Assembly: GCA_945873755.1 (NCBI GenBank)
Contig: CAMCEM010000004.1
Coordinates: forward strand, 1-57,844
Direction of reading: 5' to 3'
Length of the DNA: 57,844 nucleotides
Source of the DNA: Chitinophaga pinensis
GTDB lineage: Bacteria; Bacteroidota; Bacteroidia; UKL13-3
The notes under the pieces were generated by a model that did not search any database, was not told the origin of the DNA, and saw only the letters and a program-made list of their open reading frames with translations. A program made the position numbers and the translations under genes. This document shows positions 27,786 through 37,070 of this stretch, piece after piece (positions within the stretch are counted from its first letter, which is position 1; every line of letters begins with the position of its first letter).

Positions 27786-29456
27786 ATGAAAAAAATAAAA
27801 TTAATAATCATTTTAGCATTTGCTATTTCATTCAACCTATCAGCACAAAATGGAATAGTAGTTGATGATTTTATTTATACCAATAAAAAACCTATTGAAC
27901 GAAAGGTAAGCAGTGTGGTAAGTCATGTAACTGTATTTAATACACAAGCACAAGTTACCCGAACAGCAAAAGTAAACTTAGAAGCTGGTGTGTTCAATAT
28001 TGTTTTCGATAAACTTTCGCCATACATAAACATGAATAGTTTAGAGGTAAAAGCCAATGCAGGATTAACCATTTTGTCTGTAAGTAACAGAAACGATTTT
28101 TTGAATAAAAACGAAAAACCAAACGACATTTTACTGTTAGAAGATTCACTAACAAGCATCAATGCAGCACTTGCCGATTTTAAAGCAGATAAAGAAACCA
28201 TTGTTCACCAAAAAGATTTGATGCTTGCCAACAGAAATGTGGCAAGTAACCAAACTGGAGTAAAAGCCGATGACTTGGATGATTTAATGGAACTTTATAG
28301 AAAAAAGTTAGACGATTTTAAAGTAAATTGGTTTAGGTTAAGTAATTTAGAAACTAAATATTATGGTTATAAGTACCAAGTAGAGCAACAATTAGCAGCT
28401 TACAACAATGGTAAATTGACTTTAAACAATGAGGTTATTTTAACAATAAAAGCTGAAAATAATATTCAAAATGCACAAATAGATTTAAGTTATTTGGTTG
28501 GAAACGTAAGCTGGCAGCCATTTTACGATATTAGAATAAAAGACAATAAAAGCAATGTTCAGTTTTTTTTAAAAGCCAATATTACCCAAAGCACTGGCGA
28601 AGATTGGAACAATGTAAACCTAAAACTAACCACTGCTAACCCTGCTGAAGGTGGCATAAAACCTGAATTGCAAACTAATTGGTTGGGGTTTGGTAAAAAA
28701 ATTATTCCAGCTATGCTTGCTTCAAGAAAATATTTGAGAAATAGAAGCCAACAATCTCTTTCATTAGAAGATACAAAGGAGGAAGAAATGTTAAAAAAAT
28801 TATCAGGAGTTAATTCATCAGAATATAAGTATTTAGATGTTTCTCAAAACATGTTTAATACAGAATTTGAAACTAACATTGCTTATACCATTCCAAGCGA
28901 TAACCAAAACCACCAAGTGGATTTGACCAGTTTTGCTCAAAGTGCTATTTATGGTTATTCGGTAGTGCCAAAATTAAACAAAGAAGTGTTTGTAACTGCG
29001 CAAGTTTTAGCCAACGATTTAATCAATCAAATTAGCGGAGAAGCCAATGTGTATTATGATGGCACATTTACCGGAAAAACATTTATTAGTCCAACAGCCA
29101 ACGATACTTTATTGCTTACTTTAGGAAAAGACAAACGCATACAAGTAGAAAGAATTAAGCTGAAAGATTTTAGTTCTAAATCATTATTTGGCTCTACAAA
29201 AAAGGAACAAACTACTTATGAAATAAAGGTAAAAAACACACATAAAGACACCATAACTTTAACCATTGAAGATCAAATTCCAGTATCGAACAACAGCGAA
29301 ATAGAAGTGAAATTATTGGAATACCAAGGCGCTACCTACGATGTAAATACAGGCAAATTAACTTGGAAAATGGAATTGAAAGCCGATGAAAGTAAATCTG
29401 TAAAATTTAGTTTTGAAGTAAAGCATCCAAAAGACAAACAGTTAACGGGATATTAG
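27786..29456 (+). CDS. DUF4139/DUF4140 (MuiA-like) secreted protein
   Basis: 556 aa with a signal peptide. VTVFNTQAQVTRTAKVNLEAGVFNIVFDKLSPYINMNSLEV matches the DUF4140 N-terminus. Confidence 0.7.
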   Translation: MKKIKLIIILAFAISFNLSAQNGIVVDDFIYTNKKPIERKVSSVVSHVTVFNTQAQVTRTAKVNLEAGVFNIVFDKLSPYINMNSLEVKANAGLTILSVSNRNDFLNKNEKPNDILLLEDSLTSINAALADFKADKETIVHQKDLMLANRNVASNQTGVKADDLDDLMELYRKKLDDFKVNWFRLSNLETKYYGYKYQVEQQLAAYNNGKLTLNNEVILTIKAENNIQNAQIDLSYLVGNVSWQPFYDIRIKDNKSNVQFFLKANITQSTGEDWNNVNLKLTTANPAEGGIKPELQTNWLGFGKKIIPAMLASRKYLRNRSQQSLSLEDTKEEEMLKKLSGVNSSEYKYLDVSQNMFNTEFETNIAYTIPSDNQNHQVDLTSFAQSAIYGYSVVPKLNKEVFVTAQVLANDLINQISGEANVYYDGTFTGKTFISPTANDTLLLTLGKDKRIQVERIKLKDFSSKSLFGSTKKEQTTYEIKVKNTHKDTITLTIEDQIPVSNNSEIEVKLLEYQGATYDVNTGKLTWKMELKADESKSVKFSFEVKHPKDKQLTGY

Positions 29457-29493
29457 CAATTGGCATCTTGCATTAGGCAAATAATCTTCAAAA

Positions 29494-29900
29494 GTCGCGG
29501 TAGCAATTCCCTCTTGAGCGCTTACTTTACGAGGAAAAGGATGCCGAAAGTTTTCGGTATGGGGATGTTTTTTTAACTGGCATAAGGCTGCTGACAACTA
29601 GCAAATGATCAATTGCCGTTAGGCCAACGGAAAGAAAAAGGTGCGGGAAATATTCCCCCTTGTGCGCTGAAATTGTTTGGGGAAGGGGGTTAGTGGGATG
29701 TTTTTTTAACAGGCATAAAGCTGCTGACAACTAGCAAATGATCAATTGCCGTTAGGCTTTAGCCAACGGAAAGAAAAAGGTGCGGGAAATATTCCCCCTT
29801 GTGCGCTGGAATTGTGTGGCGAAGGGGGTTAGGGGGATGTTATTTGAACTTGCAAAAGGCTGCTGGCAACTAGCTTCTGGCTTTTAGCAAATGATTGAAT
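29494..29900 (+). repeat. tandem array, about 2.5-3 units with a 139-147 bp period (family A core plus linker)
   Basis: Family A cores lie at 29494..29568 (degenerate), 29641..29702 and 29780..29841. They are separated by near-identical linkers tttttaacNggcataaRgctgctgacaactagcaaatgatcaattgccgttagg...gccaacggaaagaaaaag. Confidence 0.85.
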
Positions 29901-29950
29901 GAGGAAAGAAAGCAACTCGCATTATGTAATTTGCAATATGTAATTTCGCC

Positions 29951-29983
29951 CTTGTTGGTGTTTAGCAAAGCGTCACCAACAAG
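29951..29983. repeat. hairpin repeat family C, copy 2
   Basis: cttgttggtgtttagcaaagcgtcaccaacaag; a 10 bp stem. Homologous to 20925..20956. Confidence 0.8.
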
Positions 29984-30152
29984 AACACATGTAGTTATTT
30001 TAAAACAAATGAATATAATTGTAAAAGCAAAAACGCTAACTAGTTACGCAAAGCCAATTAAATCTGAGTGGATTGGGGGAGGTTTTATTTAAAAACATTC
30101 AGAGATAAGTAAGTTAGGTGCAACCATGTGAATCAGATAGTCATAATATATA

Positions 30153-30716
30153 ATGAATAAAACAATCTTTATAATATTTTACTTCTTAACCGTAATGCCA
30201 ATATACGGTCAAAATCAATTTCCTAAATTTACCTATCAGTCAGTTTATGGGGACACCATTTCAAATAAAACATTATTAAATAAATCAACATTAATTGTTG
30301 TGGGACACATATCATGTCCAGGAATGTTATTTTTAATTAGAGACATTCAGAAAGCTAACATAGATACAGTTCAAATTATTCTATTGTTAGAGAACACAAA
30401 GGAGCAAGTTCTAGCATTCAACTTAAATGACACCAATGACATTTGGGGTCTTCAAAGACACAGTTTCAGAATTAAGCCAATAGAATTTCCTACAGTAACT
30501 TTCTGTGATAAAGAAAAACTTGGTAAAAAACATGACGGAACTTTTATAATAAAATCACAGTGTAATAAACTAAAAATTAAATATGGAGCATTTGAGGTTC
30601 CAAAAATATATGCTATTAATAACTACGGACAAATTATTAGCAAGCAGACAGGTTGGTACTATAAGTTGACAGATCCGAAAAAAAACATTTTGCAACTTTT
30701 TAAAACAAAACAATGA
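30153..30716 (+). CDS. hypothetical secreted protein
   Basis: 187 aa; signal peptide MNKTIFIIFYFLTVMPIYGQ; ends in TGA. No firm domain call. Confidence 0.45.
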   Translation: MNKTIFIIFYFLTVMPIYGQNQFPKFTYQSVYGDTISNKTLLNKSTLIVVGHISCPGMLFLIRDIQKANIDTVQIILLLENTKEQVLAFNLNDTNDIWGLQRHSFRIKPIEFPTVTFCDKEKLGKKHDGTFIIKSQCNKLKIKYGAFEVPKIYAINNYGQIISKQTGWYYKLTDPKKNILQLFKTKQ

Positions 30717-30886
30717 CAACAAAGAGAATGTCAGCACCTAAAACGAATTTGACAAAAGTGGTGGTTCAATTCACCTCAAACACATTTGTGTTTAATCATC
30801 CGCCAATTGTCGGACTCCTTATCAACATTTGTAAAAAAAATCGCCTCCTTCACCAAGCGCAAAAACATTAAATCATTCCTAATTAA

Positions 30887-33343
30887 TTACAGTGCATCCA
30901 CATCAATTTGAACAATTAATTGATTGAAAATTTTGTTTTCATACAGTTTTGCAATTTGCTGTTTTATATAGCTTTTTAGCGAAGGAAGTCTTTTATCACC
31001 CCTATCTATTTTTACTAAAAACTCTTTTATATAATAATTCCTAATTCTACTTACATAAGGGTTTGCTGGCCCAAGTAAATTATGCCCAAAAGTATTATTC
31101 AATAACGAATGCAATAAATTTGCAGCTTCTTCGCAATATTTATAATCTTTATGCCTTAAATTTATTTTAATTATTCTCTCAAATGGAGGGAATAAAAACT
31201 GCGCCCTGTCTTGTATTTCTCTGTTATAAAGTGTTTCAAAATCGTGGTCAATTACCGATAAAATAACAGGATGATTTGGTGAACTAGTTTGTATAACTAC
31301 TCTGCCTTGTTTATTGCGCCTTCCTCCCCTGCCACTCACTTGTTCTATTAGTTGAAATGCCCTTTCATTGGCTCTAAAATCAGGAAAAAACAGTAACTGG
31401 TCTGCATTTATTACGCCTACTAAAGTTACATTATCAAAATCCAATCCTTTAGTAACCATTTGCGTCCCAATCATTATGTCAAATTTATGTTCTGCAAAAT
31501 CTTTAATAATTGTTTCATGCCCATTCTTGCTCTTGGTAGTATCTTGGTCGAACCTAGATACACGAGCAGTTGGAAACAAAATAGCCAATTCATCTTCAAT
31601 TTTCTCCGTTCCAAAACCTTTAAAGCTCAATGTGTTGCTTCCGCAAGCCGAACAAACATCGGGTAGTTTTTGAGTAAAGCCACAGTAATGGCATTTTAAT
31701 GAATCAATAAATTTATGGTAGGTTAAACTTATATCGCAATTTTGGCATTTTGGTAACCATTGGCAATTGTCACATTCATAAATTGGACTATATCCTCTTC
31801 GGTTTTGAAATAAAATAACTTGTTCGTTTTTTGCTAACGTTTGCTTTATTTCATTCACTAAAATGGAGGTAAAATTACCTTGAATGGTTTTAGCCTTTTT
31901 TTCCTCAGCTATATTAGCTGTAATTATTTTGGGCAATTCTATTTCACCATGACGGGTATTTAAATTTACCAAACCAAACAAACCTTTTTTAGCGTTAAAA
32001 TAGCTTTCAAAACTGGGTGTTGCACTTCCTAAAACCAACTTAGCATTGTATATTTTACTCAATACTACCGCAGAGTCTCGGGCATGGTACCTGGGTGCAG
32101 GCTCATTTTGCTTAAAAGTAGTTTCGTGCTCTTCATCAACTATGGTTAGGCCTAAATTTGCAAAAGGTAAAAAAATAGCACTCCTCGCTCCTATTACTAT
32201 TTTAATTTCATTGCTTTTTACTTTATTCCAAATTTCGACACGTTCATTGTCGCCAATTCTGTTATGGAATGCAACACATTTTTCGCCAAAATATTTTCTT
32301 ATTCTATGTATTATTTGTGAAGTAATTGCTATTTCGGGCAAAAGATATAAAACTTGCTTTCCTTCGTTTAAAGCCTGTTCAATTAACCGAACATAAACAT
32401 GTGTTTTTCCGCTTGAAGTAACACCTTTTAATAGCACCACATCGGTTGTTTCAAAGTGTTTGTTTATTTCATTTAACGCAATATGCTGATCGTTGTTTAA
32501 CTCAAAAGTTTCAATCTTGTGTTTATCAAACAATATTCTATCTACTGCTATTTCATATTCTTCAAAAACCCCATTTTTTACCAGTGTTTGAATGGCAGAA
32601 GCACTAATATTTTCTTTTTTTAGTAAGTCTGCTTTTAAAACTACCGGTTTTTGTTGTTTTAAATGCAAATAAGAAAGTAAAGCAGTTAGCTGTTTTTCCT
32701 TTTTTTCTAATAAATCAAATAGGAGTTTTACGTTTTCTTCGTTGTTTTCGTAGGTGTTTGTAAGTTTTATACAAACTACAAGCTTTTCCTTGTACTTATT
32801 CTTAATGTCTTCATTTATAATAATTGCTTCTTTTATAACTAAGCTTTTTATATAAGGTAATACATTTTTTAAATTTAAAATTTGCTGAATATTTTCTACT
32901 GTTAATTCATGCTGCACAGAAAGTGCTTCAATTATTAAAAACTCTTTATCATCAAGCGGAGTTGCTGCATCAAATTCAGGGTTGGCAATAATTTTACTTG
33001 CACTTTGTAGCTTAAGCATTGCTGGTAAAGCTGCTTGCATTACATCGCCCATGTTGCACAAATAATATTCGCTAATCCATTTCCAAAATTTTAATTGTTG
33101 TATAAAAATAATGGGCTCATCATCTAAAATAGATAAAATATATTTTGCAGTATAATCTTTAGGTGGAATGCTGTGAACATTGGCAATTATGGCTGAATAA
33201 ACTTTGCTTTTTCCAAACTGAACCGAAACTCTTTTACCTAATTCTATTTGGTCAGTTATTTCGTCAGCAACCCTATAAGTATATAATTTTGGAACATATA
33301 AAGGCAGTATAACATCAACAAATGTTGCAAACGATTCGCTCAT
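30887..33343 (-). CDS. priA: primosomal protein N' (replication restart helicase)
   Basis: 818 aa; Walker A GVTSSGKT, DEEH box, cysteine-rich insertion CDNCQWLPKCQNCDISLTYH...CHYCG...CSACGS. Confidence 0.9.
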   Translation of the reverse strand: MSESFATFVDVILPLYVPKLYTYRVADEITDQIELGKRVSVQFGKSKVYSAIIANVHSIPPKDYTAKYILSILDDEPIIFIQQLKFWKWISEYYLCNMGDVMQAALPAMLKLQSASKIIANPEFDAATPLDDKEFLIIEALSVQHELTVENIQQILNLKNVLPYIKSLVIKEAIIINEDIKNKYKEKLVVCIKLTNTYENNEENVKLLFDLLEKKEKQLTALLSYLHLKQQKPVVLKADLLKKENISASAIQTLVKNGVFEEYEIAVDRILFDKHKIETFELNNDQHIALNEINKHFETTDVVLLKGVTSSGKTHVYVRLIEQALNEGKQVLYLLPEIAITSQIIHRIRKYFGEKCVAFHNRIGDNERVEIWNKVKSNEIKIVIGARSAIFLPFANLGLTIVDEEHETTFKQNEPAPRYHARDSAVVLSKIYNAKLVLGSATPSFESYFNAKKGLFGLVNLNTRHGEIELPKIITANIAEEKKAKTIQGNFTSILVNEIKQTLAKNEQVILFQNRRGYSPIYECDNCQWLPKCQNCDISLTYHKFIDSLKCHYCGFTQKLPDVCSACGSNTLSFKGFGTEKIEDELAILFPTARVSRFDQDTTKSKNGHETIIKDFAEHKFDIMIGTQMVTKGLDFDNVTLVGVINADQLLFFPDFRANERAFQLIEQVSGRGGRRNKQGRVVIQTSSPNHPVILSVIDHDFETLYNREIQDRAQFLFPPFERIIKINLRHKDYKYCEEAANLLHSLLNNTFGHNLLGPANPYVSRIRNYYIKEFLVKIDRGDKRLPSLKSYIKQQIAKLYENKIFNQLIVQIDVDAL

Positions 33344-33356
33344 TAAATCTTTTTAT

Positions 33357-33815
33357 CTATATTCCAAACTGAGAAAAATGATGTTCAATATGTTTGTAAT
33401 ACATATTACTCCACTCGTTTGCATTCATTTTTCCTACCGAATTACTTTCTCTTCCTTCATAATACTCTCTTCCATTGTTTTGGCTTTCTAAAATATTATC
33501 AATCAAACTTTTTTTCTCTTTTTCAAAATCTTTTTCACTTGAAATTAGAAACAAAGGAGCAGTTCTTGAATTTTTTTTATATGGCTTTTCGTTTACTAAA
33601 ATTGGTTTCAAAAACAATTTTAGCATAAACTTCATCAATGCAGGTGTTTCAGATTTTATTTTACCTGAGTCAATATCGTAAGCCACATTTAAATGTGCTA
33701 ACATTTGAGCAGCATTCATTTTACCCCACAATGGTTGAGTTGTGTTAGTTAAATGATTTAATCTACTTAAAATTGATTCAGTTGTTTTTGTTTCAAAAAT
33801 ACTTGGTAATGCCAT
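33357..33815 (-). CDS. DUF1569 (DinB-like) protein
   Basis: 152 aa; WGKMNAAQMLAHLNVAYD and C-terminal YKHIEHHFSQFG. Confidence 0.65.
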   Translation of the reverse strand: MALPSIFETKTTESILSRLNHLTNTTQPLWGKMNAAQMLAHLNVAYDIDSGKIKSETPALMKFMLKLFLKPILVNEKPYKKNSRTAPLFLISSEKDFEKEKKSLIDNILESQNNGREYYEGRESNSVGKMNANEWSNMYYKHIEHHFSQFGI

Positions 33816-33837
33816 ATTTATTTTGGGGTTTAAAGAA

Positions 33838-33876
33838 ATAAAAAGGCAAATATAACTAAATACATTTGCCCTTTTT
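33838..33876 (-). terminator. intrinsic terminator after the 672 aa T9SS cargo gene
   Basis: ggcaaat (33845..33851) pairs with atttgcc (33864..33870). The stem is extended by A/T runs on both sides. Confidence 0.55.
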
Positions 33877-33913
33877 AAATAGATTATTTTTGTTTTATAA
33901 ATTTAATATTGAT

Positions 33914-35932
33914 TTAAAATAACAAGATTTTTTTAACAATTACACCTTCATTATTTGAAATATTTAAAATATAAATGCCTTTATTTTGATTGGTTAAATC
34001 AATTTTAAAATCAGTTCTATTTTTTTCTATTTTTAAATTTAAAACCTCTTTTCCATTCAGTTCAGTTATTGAAACCAATGATTCAAAGCTTTGATTGTTA
34101 TAAACTTTTACATTAAATATTCCATTTGATGGATTTGGAAATATTTCTAAATCTAAGTTGTTTTTTGAAACCTTACTTATTGAATTGGTAGTATGGTTAA
34201 TTTTAACAAAACCAGCTCCACCAGTGTTATAATAACTTCCCGAAGGAGTAGTTTCTAATTTAATAGCTTTAACTGCATAGGTAAAAGTACCATTATTAAA
34301 GTTTTGATTGTCTACAAAAAAAGTATCGCTTACAGTATTTACATTTAGTTTACTGTAAATATTATTTATTGTATCCACCCTATAAATGGCGTATCCATCT
34401 ATATTTCCTTGAACTGAGCTCCAGTTTAAAAACACGTAATTAGATTTACTTTCAGCATTTACTTGATTTACTGTTCCTATGTTTCTCATTTTTAAAGTAG
34501 GATCGCCCATTAAAGCAATATGAACAGAATTACTAGAGCTATTGAAGCCACCATTAAAATAAAAATTGGTATTGTTTTGAGTAATTTTAGCACCATAACC
34601 AATATTCATTCCTAAACCCATGTGGTGAACAAACCATTTTGGAATTCCGCCCCAAAAACTAGCCAAAGAAGATTGAGCCAATGGCGCTTTTAAAAAATTA
34701 TTTGCTATATCCCAATCGCCAAAATAACTACCTGATAGTATAGTGAAGATATTATTAAACGAATCGTTTACAAAATTTGAAGTACTACCAATACCATTAC
34801 AAGAAGTATAACTACCTGCACCACAGCCATAACTCCACAAATACGATCCGTTTTTTTGAGAAACCATATAATCCCTATTGTTAAAAATACTATCACTTTT
34901 TATTAAAGTTGAAAAATTATTGTAACCAGTTGATGAAAGGTTTAATGAAGTAAAATTATCATCAATCAAAGCCCTTTCGATTACTTGTGTTTTTCCAGTT
35001 CGCCAATTATTATTTCTGTTTAAATAATTTATTGTTAAAAGCGTATCCGACTTATTAAAGCTACTCATTCCAAAAAAATCGATTCTTCCAAGTTCTAAAT
35101 CAATATAGTTTGGAATTTTAGTTTGGTCAAATTTCCCATCATCAGGTAAATTGTGATGTCTTGTTTGAGTTCCTGTAGTACAAGTTACATTATTATCTGT
35201 CCAGCCAGTATTTATCATATCGGCATAATACACATCGGCAGGCCAAGCACCGGTATGGTTTCCGCTTCCTTCCACATGTCCATCAGGCGGTGGTGCTTCG
35301 CCTAATGATGAAAAAAAGCCAGAGTATGGAACAGGTACATGCCCAATAATAAATAACGACTTCACTTTTCTGTTTAAACTTGTGTATGTTGATGTTATTC
35401 TATTTTTAATATTAATTACATTTTCTTTTCTTCCGGCATACACTACAACTACTTTATAACCTTCATTTTTTAAATTATTAACTAATTGTTGAATTTGAGC
35501 AGCAACAGGAATAATAAAATTGCTATCAATTAATAAAATTAAACCATCAAAAACCCTCGGCTCTTTTAGTTTATTACCTGCATAAATGTATCCTAAACCA
35601 TCAGTAGCATTGCTTGCGCTTATTTTGGCTACGGTGTATTCAAAAGCTTCACCTTCTTTAACCAAGCTATCAGTAAATCCGTTTGTGTTACCAGCAACAG
35701 TGGCATATGGTAAAGTTCCCCATTCTTCTGTACTTAAGGAAGCTCTTTTATAAATTTCGTACCTGCCGTTAAAATTTAATTGTGGCCAATTTATTCTAAT
35801 TCCATTTGCGCCAATAGCAGTTGAATTAATCATTAAAGCCTGATTTTTGCCTGTTTGACTGTAACTTGAAATACTAAAAGTTAGTAGAATTAAAAGTAAA
35901 AATTTGTGTTTCATTTTATTTTTTTTTGTCAA
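33914..35932 (-). CDS. large secreted protein with a T9SS C-terminal sorting domain
   Basis: 672 aa with a signal peptide. C-terminus IFPNPSNGIFNVKV...KGIYILNISN...KKILLF. The body domain was not recognised. Confidence 0.7.
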   Translation of the reverse strand: MTKKNKMKHKFLLLILLTFSISSYSQTGKNQALMINSTAIGANGIRINWPQLNFNGRYEIYKRASLSTEEWGTLPYATVAGNTNGFTDSLVKEGEAFEYTVAKISASNATDGLGYIYAGNKLKEPRVFDGLILLIDSNFIIPVAAQIQQLVNNLKNEGYKVVVVYAGRKENVINIKNRITSTYTSLNRKVKSLFIIGHVPVPYSGFFSSLGEAPPPDGHVEGSGNHTGAWPADVYYADMINTGWTDNNVTCTTGTQTRHHNLPDDGKFDQTKIPNYIDLELGRIDFFGMSSFNKSDTLLTINYLNRNNNWRTGKTQVIERALIDDNFTSLNLSSTGYNNFSTLIKSDSIFNNRDYMVSQKNGSYLWSYGCGAGSYTSCNGIGSTSNFVNDSFNNIFTILSGSYFGDWDIANNFLKAPLAQSSLASFWGGIPKWFVHHMGLGMNIGYGAKITQNNTNFYFNGGFNSSSNSVHIALMGDPTLKMRNIGTVNQVNAESKSNYVFLNWSSVQGNIDGYAIYRVDTINNIYSKLNVNTVSDTFFVDNQNFNNGTFTYAVKAIKLETTPSGSYYNTGGAGFVKINHTTNSISKVSKNNLDLEIFPNPSNGIFNVKVYNNQSFESLVSITELNGKEVLNLKIEKNRTDFKIDLTNQNKGIYILNISNNEGVIVKKILLF

Positions 35933-36039
35933 ATATATAAATCTTTACATAAGTTGATATTAAATATATTATTTAATAAAAAACAATTTTTGCCTAATTT
36001 GAGTTAGATTGCAAATTCATATTTAATATAAATAATACA

Positions 36040-36234
36040 ATGCAAGAAGGAACAGTTAAGTTTTTTGATGAAACAAAAGGCTTTGGATTTATTACAACAG
36101 AAGACGGTGGTGAAGATATTTTCGTACATTCAACGGGCTTAATCGACAGAATAAAAGATAACGATAAAGTACAATTTGAAACAGAAAGAGGAAAAAAAGG
36201 TATTAACGCTGTACAAGTTCAAACAGTTAGATAA
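36040..36234 (+). CDS. cold-shock domain protein (copy 1)
   Basis: 64 aa; GTVKFFDETKGFGFI (RNP1) and DIFVH (RNP2). Confidence 0.9.
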   Translation: MQEGTVKFFDETKGFGFITTEDGGEDIFVHSTGLIDRIKDNDKVQFETERGKKGINAVQVQTVR

Positions 36235-36244
36235 TGCTCTAAAT

Positions 36245-36279
36245 AAAAAAAAAGCAAGTATTTTACTTGCTTTTTTTTT
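36245..36279 (+). terminator. intrinsic terminator of csp copy 1
   Basis: gcaagta / tacttgc stem followed by a T9 run. Confidence 0.7.
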
Positions 36280-36331
36280 ATTTCAAATATTTTAACATAC
36301 TTTGCGAACTCAAAATTAATAAAATAATACA

Positions 36332-36526
36332 ATGCAAGAAGGAACAGTGAAGTTTTTTAATGAAACAAAAGGCTTCGGATTTATTTCACCAGCAGGTGGA
36401 GGAGAAGACATTTTCGTACATTCATCAGGTTTAATAGACAGGATTAGAGAAAACGACAAAGTAGAATTTGAAACTGAAAGAGGAAAAAAAGGTATCAATG
36501 CTGTACAAGTAAAGGTAGCTAGATAA
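36332..36526 (+). CDS. cold-shock domain protein (copy 2)
   Basis: 64 aa and highly similar to copy 1, with identical aataatacaatgcaagaaggaacagt around the start codon. Confidence 0.9.
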   Translation: MQEGTVKFFNETKGFGFISPAGGGEDIFVHSSGLIDRIRENDKVEFETERGKKGINAVQVKVAR

Positions 36527-36548
36527 TATTCTAATTTTAATTCAATTT

Positions 36549-36582
36549 AAAAGCTGATAAAGAAATTTATCAGCTTTTTTTT
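36549..36582 (+). terminator. intrinsic terminator of csp copy 2
   Basis: aaaagctgataaa / tttatcagctttt stem followed by a T-run. Confidence 0.75.
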
Positions 36583-36593
36583 GTATTGTATGA

Positions 36594-36671
36594 GTTCCTT
36601 CTTCCGCTTTAGCGGAATCAGGATGACGTTCCCGCACATTCTGTAACAAACGTCATGCTGAGGAACGAAGC
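36594..36671 (+). repeat. structured repeat family F, copy 1 (downstream flank of the GIY-YIG gene)
   Basis: gttccttc...tcaggatgacgttcccgcacatt, followed by its inverted partner aacgtcatgctgaggaac. A nested ttccgc/gcggaa hairpin is present. Confidence 0.8.
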
Positions 36672-36688
36672 ATCTTTAAGAGAAAAGC

Positions 36689-36976
36689 TTACATGCTCAA
36701 AAATTTCCATTCAGCATTGAATGAATTGATTAAGTCAATTTTCTTTTTTCTTGTCCAACCCTTTAATTCTTTTTCTCTTTTAATAGCTTGGTTTATATCT
36801 ATAAACTCTTCAAAATAAACTAGGTTATAACAATTATACTTTCCTGCAAAACTACTTTTAATTGTCTTAGCATCTGTTTCATGTTCGTTCATTCGCCTTA
36901 CAATATCATTAGTTACACCAATGTACAAAACAGATTTATTTGGATTAGTTGTTATATAAACATAAGATTTTTGCAT
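36689..36976 (-). CDS. small GIY-YIG (URI-domain) nuclease family protein
   Basis: 95 aa; YVYITTN...VLYIGVTNDIVRRMNEH...NLVYFEEF...AIKREKELKGW. Confidence 0.85.
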   Translation of the reverse strand: MQKSYVYITTNPNKSVLYIGVTNDIVRRMNEHETDAKTIKSSFAGKYNCYNLVYFEEFIDINQAIKREKELKGWTRKKKIDLINSFNAEWKFLSM

Positions 36977-36995
36977 TTCAATATTTACTTATAAA

Positions 36996-37033
36996 GTTCC
37001 TTCGCTACACTCAGGATGACGTTCCCGCACATT
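36996..37033 (+). repeat. repeat family F, copy 2 (upstream flank of the GIY-YIG gene)
   Basis: gttccttcgctacactcaggatgacgttcccgcacatt. It shares the exact 24-mer tcaggatgacgttcccgcacatt with 36618..36640 (also 24 nt), in the same orientation. Confidence 0.85.
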
Positions 37034-37070
37034 TTTAAGTCAAAAAGTAGCAAGAAATTTCTTTAAAATT

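Noticed and set aside
22942-29883. Direct 26-mer repeats might mark the ends of a 6.9 kb genomic island.
   Set aside because: The enclosed genes are core housekeeping (coaE, yajC, nusB, amino-acid dehydrogenase). No integrase or tRNA is present. The 26-mer belongs to a dispersed repeat family.
29494-29900. Could the tandem array be a CRISPR locus?
   Set aside because: The period is about 140 bp rather than 60-75 bp. The sequences between cores are near-identical linkers, not unique spacers. No cas genes are nearby.
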